A DNA stretch of 64,000 nt from Perna viridis (GCA_037379345.1 CM074515.1:12090001-12154000); one strand, 5' to 3'; shown: positions 42,885 to 54,013, counted from the stretch's first letter. Notes: generated by a model not told the origin, from the letters alone. Program-made: numbers and translations.

Positions 42885-43771
42885 CAGACCCATCGAAACC
42901 TGCCGGACCGTCGGACCTGTCCGGTAAAATTGTCCCGGGTCCGGTAAATACACGTTGCTTGTCGGCCCGGGTGTCCGATGTTTTTTTCTTACGTTAAAGA
43001 AGATTTTCTCAAAACTGAAGTGGTTTTTGTGAATAATAAAACTAGAACGTTTTCATAATTACGTGAATTAGTCTACAGTCTAGCGAGATAGTCAATGAAT
43101 TTGATTGTAAACAATAATATGTAACTTCCGGTTCATTCGCTATACGTCATTTCGTCCTTTGATATATCGTCCCTTCCGTTGTCTCGCTACTCGTTTACAT
43201 GTGAAACATGCGGTCATTATATTGTCAAAATAATAATGAAAAAAATAATAAAGTATATTTCTTTTACATCGAAATTGATAAAGATTAATAATTGAACATC
43301 TGATAAAACAAATTTTCATTTGACAATGATGATGATTATGAAGACAGTGAATGTTTTGACTATCAAGATGAAATGTTGAATTTTGAAATGATTATGTTTT
43401 ATGCCAGAGATTGAGAATAGATTTTATAATTTAATAACAATACTTTATTTCAAATTTAAAAAATCAACAATATATAATACAAAGAACTCAAAACAAAGTA
43501 CACATGTTTCGTTTATGAAGACTCATCAGATACACTCTAGCCAAAATGAATAATGGTGACAAATTAACAAATTCAAGAGCCCATACCCAGTAGTTTTAAA
43601 ATCAGCTTGATAATAAAATGTACTTGGAGATTCCCACCCCCCATCAAAAATGTTAGCGTGTCGATAAATTGTTCAGAGTTTTTTCGGTCAGACAAATTGT
43701 CGTTCGGTCAGACAAGTCATCACCTTGTGTCTGACCGAATGTCAGATTTGCTAAAAATTTCGATGGGTCTG
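42885..43771. mobile_element. Non-autonomous DNA transposon (MITE) with 14-bp TIRs and 6-bp TSD
   Basis: TIRs cagacccatcgaaa / tttcgatgggtctg; TSD tgttat at 42879-42884 and 43772-43777. Removal restores BEL DPVGMLSPETIRSKILM. Confidence 0.93.
43498..43537 (-). ncRNA. Degenerate type I hammerhead ribozyme core (Penelope-type remnant)
   Basis: The minus strand reads CTGATGAG-TCTTCATAAAC-GAAAC-ATGT-GTA. Stem II has a mismatch and stem I is not formed. Confidence 0.4.
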
Positions 43772-44767
43772 TGTTATCACCAGAAACTATCCGATCAAAG
43801 ATACTTATGTAGGGTCTATGGAAGGACAAATACGAATGGACGAGCCGCTACCACTTAGCATTCAACAGGAATGGACTACACTAGCTAAAGACTTGAAATT
43901 AGCTATGGAAACTGAAATGTCACGACAATATTTCACAACCTCAACAAACGAAAGTAACACTGAGTTAAACGTTTTCGTCGATGCCAGTCAGCGAGCTGAC
44001 GGATCAGCAGTTTATTTGACAAGCGACAATGAATCGAAATTAGTAGTCGCCAAAAGCCGTATAGCACCTCTGCACTAACTTTGCCGCAACTGGAGCTAAT
44101 GGCCGCTTTAGTAAGTGCAAGGATCGCTTCACATGTAAAATCCGCACTGATAGTCAACAAAACCACCTACTGGTCGGACAGTCAAATCGCACTGCAATGG
44201 TTGGTAACAAACAAACAACTGAGGAAGTTTCTACGGAACAGTGTGTCCGAGATCAAATCACTAACAAACGATTCAAACTGGAGATATTGTCTGTCAAATG
44301 ACAACCCCGCCGACAAGAGGGATCAATGCATTGCAATTGGCAAAGTCGAAATTATGGATTAATGGACCGAAATGGATCACTTTCAAAGCTAAATGGCCAG
44401 AATGGAATACGAACACCAGCGTTCTTATGACAAGCGCAGACGTGGAGGAAAATGTTAACGTAGCATTGCAAACCACGAGCGATATGAATGACACAACCAG
44501 GGGCGGGTCCAGGTAAGGGCGTAATGGGCGTACGCCCCCCCTTTAAAAAAAAAAAAAAAAAAACTATCGTTATAATCTGCTAGTATTGTATTGAATGATG
44601 GCAATTTATCATATTCATGAATTAAACACATACTCTGATTTCTTTTTATACTGATTCCCCAATTTGATGGGTCATCATCAACCGTAAAATTTCGTTTCTG
44701 GGAGTCCGGCGTGTTCGACTCTGCGATTAGTATCCATTGTTGTTGATGTGATAAAGAATTCGCAAAG

Positions 44768-47700
44768 ATGTCGATGTCAAAAACAAAACGTCAAAAGACC
44801 TTAAAATCGTATCAAGGTGTCTTGGACACCTTTTTTAAACAACCAAAACGGTAAGTAAATCAGTATAATACATGAATTTTGGTTGTTTTGTGTGACACTA
44901 ACTTCGATTCCCCATAGCCATTCTAAATATACCGGGGGGGGGGGGGGTATATTACTATATATACAATACTGGGTATATTCTGACAAAAGGGGTTGTATTT
45001 TCAGCTAAATTGTCTAAAATGGGGTTATTTTTTCACGCGTTGCCTTGGAAGGGGTCACTCAGATTTGACTATGATATCCAGAACGGGGTTCAAACCTATG
45101 ATTGCGTTGGATAAAAAACGCAATTTTTATACGTGTGCATGCAAAACAAATTTCTTGGTAGAGTGGTATAAATACAGCACAAACAACATTTTCCGTCGGT
45201 CCGTCCATCCCGGTGGTTTTAATACAATAACTCGAGAACGGATACACGTTTTTAACATTTGCACAGTTCAATGTAGTTGTTTAGTGTTAATATTAAATCC
45301 ATGTTTAGCAAAATCTACGAACTATTTTTGTGAGAAATTACAGTTTTATAGTACACTATTTGCCATCCCCTTATGCGTGGCGAGGTATCACTTGTATATG
45401 TTTTGTCAGTATACTATTTAATTACCCTTTAAACCTTCTCAGTCTTTATATACGCAACTCCTGCTACATTAGAGACATTCAAGAATATCTCCCCTGCATT
45501 GTCTTCCATCGGCCACGCGTCAGAGGGGCATGGAAATGGTGGCCTCTGTTCGTCCGTCACACAGTGACTATTTTGTGTACACAACTCCTATGAAACCTTG
45601 GACGGATTCGTTCATTTTTTGCAGGATTGTTTAACATGACATGTAGTTGATATCATTTCGCACCATCATTATAAATGTTTCATTTAATTCTGTATGAGTT
45701 ATGGGACTTGATTTTTTCGGTTCGGGGGGGGGGGCGACATTTGGCTACGTGTATAGCAATGACATGCACTTTAACAAGAATGAAAAAATGGGGAAGTTCC
45801 GTTACAAATGTGTTAAGTGTATCATACGTGTCCGTGTAATTCATATGTTAACAGATTTTGTTTTTGCATTCTAGGCTGGTTTGCAAAGGGTCAATGCATC
45901 AAGGTGATATAAACGGCGGTGGACGACAATGTACGTGCATTGCATTGGCTTTCATGTTGGATAATACTATTCCAAAGACTAGAGATGAAATAGATAATAT
46001 TCTTCTAAGAGGTACTGACTTGTACCATAAAGTTTGTACTACCGATGGCTACATGCTAATAACAGAGTTTCCGGAGAATATTTTTATTGAAAACGAAAGT
46101 TTCTCTATTACAATGAAAGATCCGATGAGTGGACTTGTGGAACAGGAAAGTGACAATTCTGACGCTTTAACATTTACTTTAGAGTCTGCATTACACCAAT
46201 CATTAGCACAGAGTGAAACTTCTTTCATTACACTTGGAAGTAACCCTGGTTCAACTATCGGCTTAAAAAAGGCTCAAGGGATACTTTGTTGTATTGATTC
46301 ACACAGTCGCAATGATATGGGACTATGTGTTCCATCTGGTAAAGCTGTTGTACTGTCAAGTTTGATATCACATATCAAAGATTTAAACAAATCGATCACA
46401 GACCGATTCGCTGAATCACAGTTTGAGATAACACCCCTGGTCAGTTCTAAACTAAGAGTGGTCGACTCTGACGTAGTTGGAGACGTCCAGGCGTCTAATT
46501 CACCGCGATCCACTGACTATGAGACTGACATACCAAATATAGAACATACTAGCCATGAGATGTCAATTGATGAAGAGTCTACGTTCCACTGTGACAACGG
46601 AAGCAACAATAAAACTTCGGGTAAAGAAGTGGATGAGTCTTTTGTCTCCATCAATGAAAATAACGTCGAAACTGCAGATACTCAAAATGATGAGTCATGT
46701 ATGTCCTGTAATGACAATAACGATGAAACTTCCGGTACTGGAGATGATGAGTCACCTATCTTCAACAATGAACGCAACGAGGAAACTGCGGGAATTCCAG
46801 TTGACGATACCTTTGGATCGCAATTATCAGATGATATTGGAGTCATTGATGTACATACCCTATCGGACGATGTAAAATTCAGGATTTTGTCTAATCGGTG
46901 TCCGGAACCAGGCTTTAAATTTCCGTTTAAATTATATAACGATAAAAGATGCAAAAGCGGAACTTTTAAAAGATCTTGTTGTCGCGATTGGTTTGAGCAA
47001 TTCCCATTCATAGCATATTCAAAGTTGAAAGATGGGTTATATTGCCTTGCTTGTAAGTTTTTTCCGGACACATCCGGTCGCCGACCAAGAGTGTTAGTTA
47101 CAGAACCATTCAATAAATGGAAAGACACCACTGTCGATTTGAAAAAGCATGCACAGACTGGTAATCACGCTGACTCGATGGTTAGATTGAATGGGTTCAA
47201 GAAATCGTGTGTCAATCAGTCACACAGAATCGACGTCAATCTGCAATCGAATAATACAGCAATCATCGCTAAGAACCGTGATATAATCAGATCTATGCTT
47301 AAGTGTTTAGAGTTCTGTGGAAGGCGTGGAATGGCGCTTAGGGGACATCGGGATGATGATACAGGCCATAGTAAGAACAAGGGTAATTTCAAAGAACTTA
47401 TTCAATTTAGAATAAATGCGGGCGATACAACCCTAAAACAACATTTTGAAACGTGTTCAAAGGTAGCAACCTACACATCAAACACTTCTCAGAACGAGTT
47501 GTTAACTTGCATTAAGACATACATTCAGAAATCTATTGTGGAAGAAGTGAAGTCCCAGCCTTTTGGTGGATACTTTGGAATCCAATGCGACGAGGTATCA
47601 GACACTAGCAATTGGGAACAATTAGGACTGGTTTTACGTTATGTCGTCGATGGAGTTCCAGTAGAACGCCTGCTAGAATTTATTTTGGCCGAGGAAACCA

Positions 47701-49064
47701 CTGGCGAATCCCTTTGTAATCTTGTCGTTCAGTCCCTCGCTAGTAATGGTTTGGATATCCAGTTATGTAGATCGCAGACTATGGATGGGGCAGGAAATAT
47801 GTCAGGGAAAAACGTTGGATGTGCCGCACGGTTAACACGAATCTCTCCACGCGCAATGTATCATTATTGCGCTAGTCACAATCTAAGTTTAGTGCTGTGT
47901 AAAAGTTGTAAGGTTACAGAAATCCATCTCATGCTAGATTCTCTCAAACAACTCGGGATATTTTTTAAATATTCCCCTAAAAGAAGCCGACGACTAGAAA
48001 CGGCGGTAGAAGATATTAACAACAATCGACAAGAAAATAACAAAATTTCTAAATCAAAATTCAAAATCTTCTGTGAAACTAGGTGGACAGAGAAACACGC
48101 CACACTCGACACATTCGCGACAATGTATGAGGCATTGGTAGCATGTTTAGAAGGCATAAGCTCCAATGAGGGACGTTCGTGGGACCAAAAGGCTATTACG
48201 GATGCTCATGGCATTCTGTCCAAGATAACAGATAGTACATTTATTATTTGCTTCCAAACAGTACACAACTTTTTTGGTTATGTACGTGGAGTAAGTTCTA
48301 AGCTTCAAGGCTCATCTTTAGACATTGTTGAAGGTTATAAAATGATCGGAGCTGTGAAACAGATCATCGATGAAACCCGTAAAAATGAACAAGAGTTTGA
48401 CTTGGTTTACAGTAATGCGTCTGACATGGCAGTAAAGGCCGGACTTGATGAGCTTAAAATGCCCCGTCGTTGTGCTAGACAGACACATCGTAACAATGTT
48501 CCCGCTTCATCAGATAAAGAATACTTTAAACGGGCAATCTACTTACCTTATCTTGATGAGCTAATTCAGCAACTTGATATGCGTTTTGGTCAAGAGGCTG
48601 TCTCTGTTGTTCGTGCCTTGTCAATTTTGCCTTTCCGAGTTCACCTCATTTCCGAAGAGATGGAGAAGGATGTTTATGATTATTACAATACTGATATGCC
48701 TTCGCCTGAAACATTCAGGCAAGAGATGAGACTCTGGAAGTCGTTTTGGGAAAATCAATCGAACAAACCAGAGTCAATAACATCAACCTTAACTGATGTA
48801 AGGGCATGCTCGACTTTATTTCCAAACATCATGAAAGTTCTCTTCTTACTTGCTTTGACGAGCGTCACGTCAAGCTCCACCGAAAGAGCTAACTCATCCC
48901 TTAAGTTGATCAAGAATGATTTGAGAAGCACCATGAAGGAGGATCGCCTAAATGCTCTGCTTCTTTTGTATATTCACAGAGACATTAAACTTGATTTTGA
49001 TAAAATTATTGACGATTACGCCATGAGAAATCCACGTAAAATGGTTCTTATGAATCCACTCTAG
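44768..49064 (+). CDS. Spliced deubiquitinase(VTD/C76-like)-hAT transposase fusion, join(44768..44850,45875..49064), about 1,090 aa
   Basis: Exon 1 MSMSKTKRQKTLKSYQGVLDTFFKQPK ends CG|gtaagt; acceptor tttgcattctag|G; both phase 2. Exon 2 contains GSMHQG..GRQC and IDSHSR (DUB), a TTF zinc finger (W..FPFIAYS..LYCLAC..H), DUF4371 (LRGH, QCDEVSD), MDGAGNM, HYCASH, CETRW, STERANS and a hATC dimerisation tail. No stops. Confidence 0.92.
45885..46440 (+). other. Herpesvirus large-tegument-like deubiquitinase domain (VTD / peptidase C76) within the transposase
   Basis: GSxHQG motif, catalytic Cys codon at 45930-45932, Asp-Ser-His at 46296-46304, closing QFEI strand. Confidence 0.82.
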
Positions 49065-49685
49065 TAATTGAAAATGAGAGTCCGTCAGTATTTTTCTGTG
49101 TTCATTTTAGGTTTTGCGTCAAGGTACATGTATACTAGAAATATGTATATTTCCACATTAAAGCAATACTCAGAACGAAAGAACTTTATTCTTCAGTGTT
49201 TATTTGTCTTGTATCATGTGTGTCGTTCAACGAAACCTGAACTTAATCAAAAATAGAGGGATTACTTCATAATTTGATGCTAAATTGTTGAAATTCAGGA
49301 GCTTCTGATTTTCCCCATGGACCCTCAACCTTAATCACGCCTCTCGTTCATAAAATCCTGGCCTAGGTATTGAAATGTTAAGTTACTCCTTATACCCTTG
49401 AGTTTGGAATTTCTCGTTATTGGTCTACTGCTGTTAAGATCCATCCAATCATTTTAATATACCATAGACAATTAATGGAGAAAACTCGGCATAAAAAATG
49501 TCACACCCTGACACTTTAACTATAAAATATACATGCTCCAAGTCAGGAACCGTTACATTAGTGCAATTCTCTATTATTTTATGTTTTTAAGCCAAAAAAG
49601 GTCCAAAAATCTTTTCGCCTCGCTTCGCTCGACGAAATATTTTATTCTACGCCCCCCCCTTTCAAATATCCTGGACACGCCCCTG

Positions 49686-52036
49686 ACAACAGGAATTCAC
49701 AGAATAGTGGATATCACGAGATTCAGTACATTAAAGCGATTGTTTCGAGTAACATCGTGGATATATCGATTCATTGGGAATTGCCGAAAACCTAGTCTGG
49801 AACAAACAGTGAACAAATTCGTTACATGTAATGAGATGGGGGAATCAAGGGCAAATTGGATAATGACAACGCAGGTAAGGAAATTGAGATTCTGAAATTG
49901 CAGGAAAAGATGACGAATGCGTTAATTCGTCTACTGCAACTTTACTTAGATGAACATGAGATCATTTGTTGCGGTGGGAGAATCCACAATGCTCCGATTA
50001 GTGAACAGTCGAAATTTCCGTATATACTACAAAATCACAGTCGATTCACCGAGCTACTGATATTGGAAATACACGTTAAGATGAAACATTCGGGAGTACT
50101 TGCGATCGTCACCGAAATACGCCTGAACTACTGGATTCCGAAAATACGACAAGTAGTAAAGAAGATTATTCGGAAATGTGTCACATGCCGCAAAGTTATC
50201 AGGAGACTGTAGTGCACCTGATCTGCCGCCACTACCAAAGACACGATTGATGGAAACACCGTCATTTACCATGACAGGTATGGACTTTACAGGAGCCTTA
50301 TTCATGAGAGACTATAATGAATCACAGCCAGTTTTTAACTCATTTATTATAGACCTTCGGAAAGGGTACAAAACTGCAAAGACAGAAACAATAAGCATAC
50401 TAAGTACAACATTTAGATGAAACAAAGTAGATGCAAAGCCTGTATGTTTATGTTAATAACGCGTTCCATACATCAAGTACACATCAAACACAGTCATTTA
50501 TATCATAAAAATATATGAAATATGAACACTCGAAAATACCATCAAACTTGGAGTAAAGAACGTTAAATTAGAACGCGATTGTATTTCTCAACAATCATTA
50601 TGACAAGTTGCTACTGGACAGTACTGTAGTGACAAAAAAATTGTGCATGACACGTTAAGAACGTAATGCCATGAAAAATAAAAGGGCAAAACAGGTGAGG
50701 AATAGTGTAAAACATATTTAAATATGTCCTATAACCTAACGGGAACATCAGGATAAGATAATCAACTCGTAAACGCAGTTAATTGATTTGTCCTTGAACT
50801 CGGTGCCAATATTTTTTTATGAAAACTCAATTAAATATGAAAGGTATGAACTGGGACGATTGACAAGCACTAAATAAACACTAGTAAACAATATAAGCAT
50901 AAACATAAATCCAACTCACCCTGTGGAGGTTCGAACACCAGTTAATAAAGAAAAAATATGCGACGTTGCATAGCCCGTCAAAACAATTGTCCTAAGTAAC
51001 GACTCTATACCGGACAGATCAGTTAAAATTCAGAAGTGACATTACAGAGACATTACCGGACACGACAGCAAAGTTTACATTTGTTTATTCACGAGCGCGT
51101 CAACAAAAACAGTGCATTTGGAAGTAGTTCCTGATGTTCTTGTGCGCGTTTAGAAGATTTACAAGCCAGAAGTCACTACCGAAACTTATGATATCGGATA
51201 ACGCCTCAACGTACCTAGCTGCATCAGAAACTTTAGAGACACTTACGAAATCTATGACACTGAATGGTGCACTATCGTCGTGTGGTACGAGTTCGAAATT
51301 CTTACCGAGACGCGCGCCGTGGTACGGCGGGTGGTTGGAGCGGATGATTGGACTGACTAAAACCTGCCTTCGTAAGACAATTGGAAGATCGTACATCACA
51401 CTCGAAGAACATCAAACGAACGTCAGTGAAGTCGAAGCAGTTCTAAACGATCGGCCGTTACCGTACGTGTCCGCCGATATCAACGACATAGAGCTGCTGA
51501 AGCCATCGCACTTGTTATACGGACCCCGGATTACCGTGACACCGTACCCGAGGGAGGATATTTGAGATACGAACACACACGCAAACAAGAGTGACATTCA
51601 AAAACGTGTGGAAAGACAGATATTCAAAATAGACCAGTTTTGGTCTCGTTGGAAAGCGGAATATCTCACTTCGCTACGCGAATTTCACACTCAAACGGGA
51701 TACAACGAGAAGATCCAAGTGGGAGACGTCGTACAAATTCACGAGGACAAGTATCCGAGAAGCGGATGGACCATCGGAGTAATCGAAGCTCTTGTGACCG
51801 GAAACGATGGACTAAAGAGAGCAGCCGTCGTCAAAACAAGATATGGAACTGCTTCGCGATCGATCGTGAAAATGTACCCACTTGAAATGTGTGACACTAC
51901 GATTAAAAGTGATACATTTCAACCGAAAGACAGAGATTCCTATCAACCGGGAACCAGTGATTCACCAAGAAGATTGCCGATTCGTGGAGCTGCTGTACGT
52001 GTCAGACAGAATGGACAACGAAATGAACTCAGATAA
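49686..52036 (+). pseudogene. BEL/Pao integrase and C-terminal DUF5641-type region, interrupted by a solo LTR
   Basis: H..H...WIPK..C..C zinc domain, GMDFTG, KVYICLFT, ISDNA, GGWLERMIG, FWSRWKAEYL and VGDVVQIHED. Confidence 0.92.
50313..51046 (-). mobile_element. Solo LTR of an unrelated LTR retrotransposon (734 bp)
   Basis: The minus strand begins TGTAAT and ends ATTATA (probably from ATTACA) with AATAAA near the end. TSD gagac at 50308-50312 and 51047-51051. Removal restores FMRDITGHDSKVYICLFT. Confidence 0.82.
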
Positions 52037-52153
52037 AGTGCTCATTTTAAATTCAAAGTGGTTAAGTATTTTCATTTGAATCATGAACTTCAATTCTTAC
52101 ATTGTACTTAAATTTCATTTCATTTAATATTTCACTTTTGTCGGCCTCCAGAA

Positions 52154-52204
52154 TGTCGGGGAAAAAACGCGAAGTACTAACTCTTTAACGCCATGGTGAC
52201 GTCG
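52154..52204 (+). repeat. Truncated 3' LTR of the BEL/Pao element
   Basis: tgtcggggaaaaaacgcgaagtactaactctttaacgccatggtgacgtcg matches the 5' LTR start; preceded by a degenerate PPT-like ggcctccagaa. Confidence 0.85.
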
Positions 52205-52244
52205 AAAAAGAAAGAGAAAAATAAATAACACTGACAAGCAAGAG

Positions 52245-52390
52245 ATTCTGCCTCGCAGTGAGAGGATCTATAATAAATGCGTATATTGAGGATGAATTGC
52301 ACTATATGTGTATTTGTCCTAGTTATGATTCGAATAGAAAAAATGTTCTATGAAAAGCTATATATAACCTGTCCAAATTTACATAATCTG
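52245..52390 (+). mobile_element. Remnant of a non-LTR retrotransposon C-terminal Cys/His motif (RTE-X-like)
   Basis: LPRSERIYNKC (frameshift) IEDELHYMCICPSYDSNRK resembles the PRxERxCxxC..EDExHxxxxCPxY LINE C-terminus. Confidence 0.55.
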
Positions 52391-53554
52391 ACCCCTGAAA
52401 TACTTTTTATCTGGACCACTGAAAATATTTAAGTCACAAGTTTATTAGCTGATTATTCGGAATCAAATTTTAACATTTGAAAGTACAATAATGCTTGACC
52501 TACATTTTAGGTAAACCATATGAACAACTACCGTTAGGTGTCTTGATTGGCTCATCCATGTATTCTGTTACCACGATAATTTTTATTCCCCCCTATCTCT
52601 TCTGTTTTTTCATACGTGTCAAATTAACGACAATCAGGTATGAATGGTTTTGTATGTCTATGTTGAGTGAATGCTTAATATTTTTAATTTGATATGGTCA
52701 CAAGGATATACATGATTCATAAATAGCGGCACAATAGCTGTACTGCTTGGGGCATTTTCCAAGAAACGCACGGACACAAACAACTAATCCCAATCACCTC
52801 CAAAATAAAACAACAGACTTCAAATTTTGCACGGTGCTGAATGTTCCTCATCAACTGAAGCATAAAAGATATCTCTCTAAAAATGTCTTGCTATTCATTA
52901 TAGGACAACGGCTTCATCTAAATATATGCATTTAAACATTTTATTACCGGGGGAGCTTAAGTTTTTAGAACAAAGAAAATTATTTTCAAGATATATTCTA
53001 AAATACCCCTGTCCAACTAAATGTTTTACAAAATAAAAGTGAATATTAGAAAACTATATTGTTCTTGGTTCGTACGTATGTTTTGAGTGGTAACTGCGAG
53101 CGTTCTGTAGCTGGATATTTTATTTTGCCTATATGTTATGTGTTGAGGTATTTCATGGAGAGAATTGGATGTATTATTGTGTATTTGTTTTCTCAACTCA
53201 TTTTTGTCCACCGTAGAATTTATGCGCATGTCCACTGTCAGGAGATGTTGTTCATCATTGGATCTTTGAGTCGTTATATTACTTTTTAGTTAAATTTTGA
53301 AGAATTTGAACCACCGTTCTGTTAACGCAGATTTTATCACTTGTTGTCGGATCCTTCCAGAGCTTACTTAAATGTGTGTTTACACATGTTGAAGACCTTT
53401 TGGTGATCTCTAAAAATATTTACTGTTTTGTAATTAGATTATACCTGGTGCATTTGTTGCATTTCCTCATAGTCGTTTCAGACTAGAGCAAGATACTCTT
53501 AAGGCATGAAACCCAATCTCCACAATAAAATAAAAAGTTTAGTGCCTTGCTATT

Positions 53555-54013
53555 GATTGATTGGTTATTGGGATTTAATGCCGTGCAGCAATATTTCATC
53601 TATATTCAGGCAATGAACATGAAATGATGATGATGAATTGAAAAAAGGGATAGAACACAAGGATAATAGGGTCGACAAATTTTGATTGCCGCTAGAAAAA
53701 GGGAGGGATGGACAGGGTCGGGCAATTTAGCCTCCTGTGGCGGAGCGGGACGTGCGAGGAACGTGGCATCTTTCCAAACACGGTGTGCCACTATGGTTTG
53801 CGGTCAGGTTTTCCGTATTATAGTCTGACAACCCCAGCACGTAACACGCCAGGGGTACCCCATTCCACCATCTAGGGCGCACATAACCCAATTGCTCTGT
53901 GGGCAGAGCGCCCTAGCCCCCGGCTAGGGTTATGAGCACTATTTAGTCGCCTTTTACGACAAGCTTTGCGCTGCTGCAAGCATATTCTTTTGACACCCGG
54001 ACCTGCACGGGGC
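53555..54013 (-). mobile_element. Second SINE copy with both termini (same family, internal deletion)
   Basis: Same 5' end gccccgtgcaggtcc and same tail; imperfect 10-bp TSD ccttgctatt / ctttgccatt. Confidence 0.9.

Larger units (their letters stand above)
41542..44497 (+). pseudogene. BEL/Pao reverse transcriptase and RNase H, interrupted by the SINE and the MITE
   Basis: HYIPHHP, RIVYDCS, DIEKAFLQV, LYVDN, YDPVGMLSP, FVDAS, VAKSRIAP, LELMAA and YWSDSQIAL motifs. Confidence 0.92.
44498..49685 (+). mobile_element. Full-length, apparently autonomous hAT transposon with 5-bp TSD (hAT5-like; P52rIPK/ZMYM1-like transposase)
   Basis: TIRs caggggcgggtccagg / cctggacacgcccctg (15/16); TSD acaac at 44493-44497 and 49686-49690. 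Removal restores BEL MNDTTGIHRIVDITRFS in frame. Confidence 0.96.
39205..52204 (+). mobile_element. BEL/Pao LTR retrotransposon, decayed, with four nested insertions
   Basis: 5' LTR begins tgtcaggaaaaacgcgaagtactaac; PBS present; gag-PR-RT-RNaseH-INT domain order with BEL-type motifs; 3' LTR start at 52154 matches the 5' LTR for about 50 bp. Confidence 0.95.

Noticed and set aside
44993-45593. ORFs of 142, 70 and 87 aa inside the hAT element
   Set aside because: They lie in the predicted intron, which appears to contain short repeat remnants; no protein motifs.
46274-48166. Antisense and alternate-frame ORFs over the transposase (and similar ones over BEL)
   Set aside because: Shadows of the real coding frame.
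45858-49064. Annotation as a host gene (THAP12/P52rIPK or ZMYM1-like) starting at TTG 45858
   Set aside because: It lies within TIRs and a TSD inside a retrotransposon, so it is a transposase. The TTG falls in the intron's polypyrimidine tract; the likely start is the ATG at 44768.
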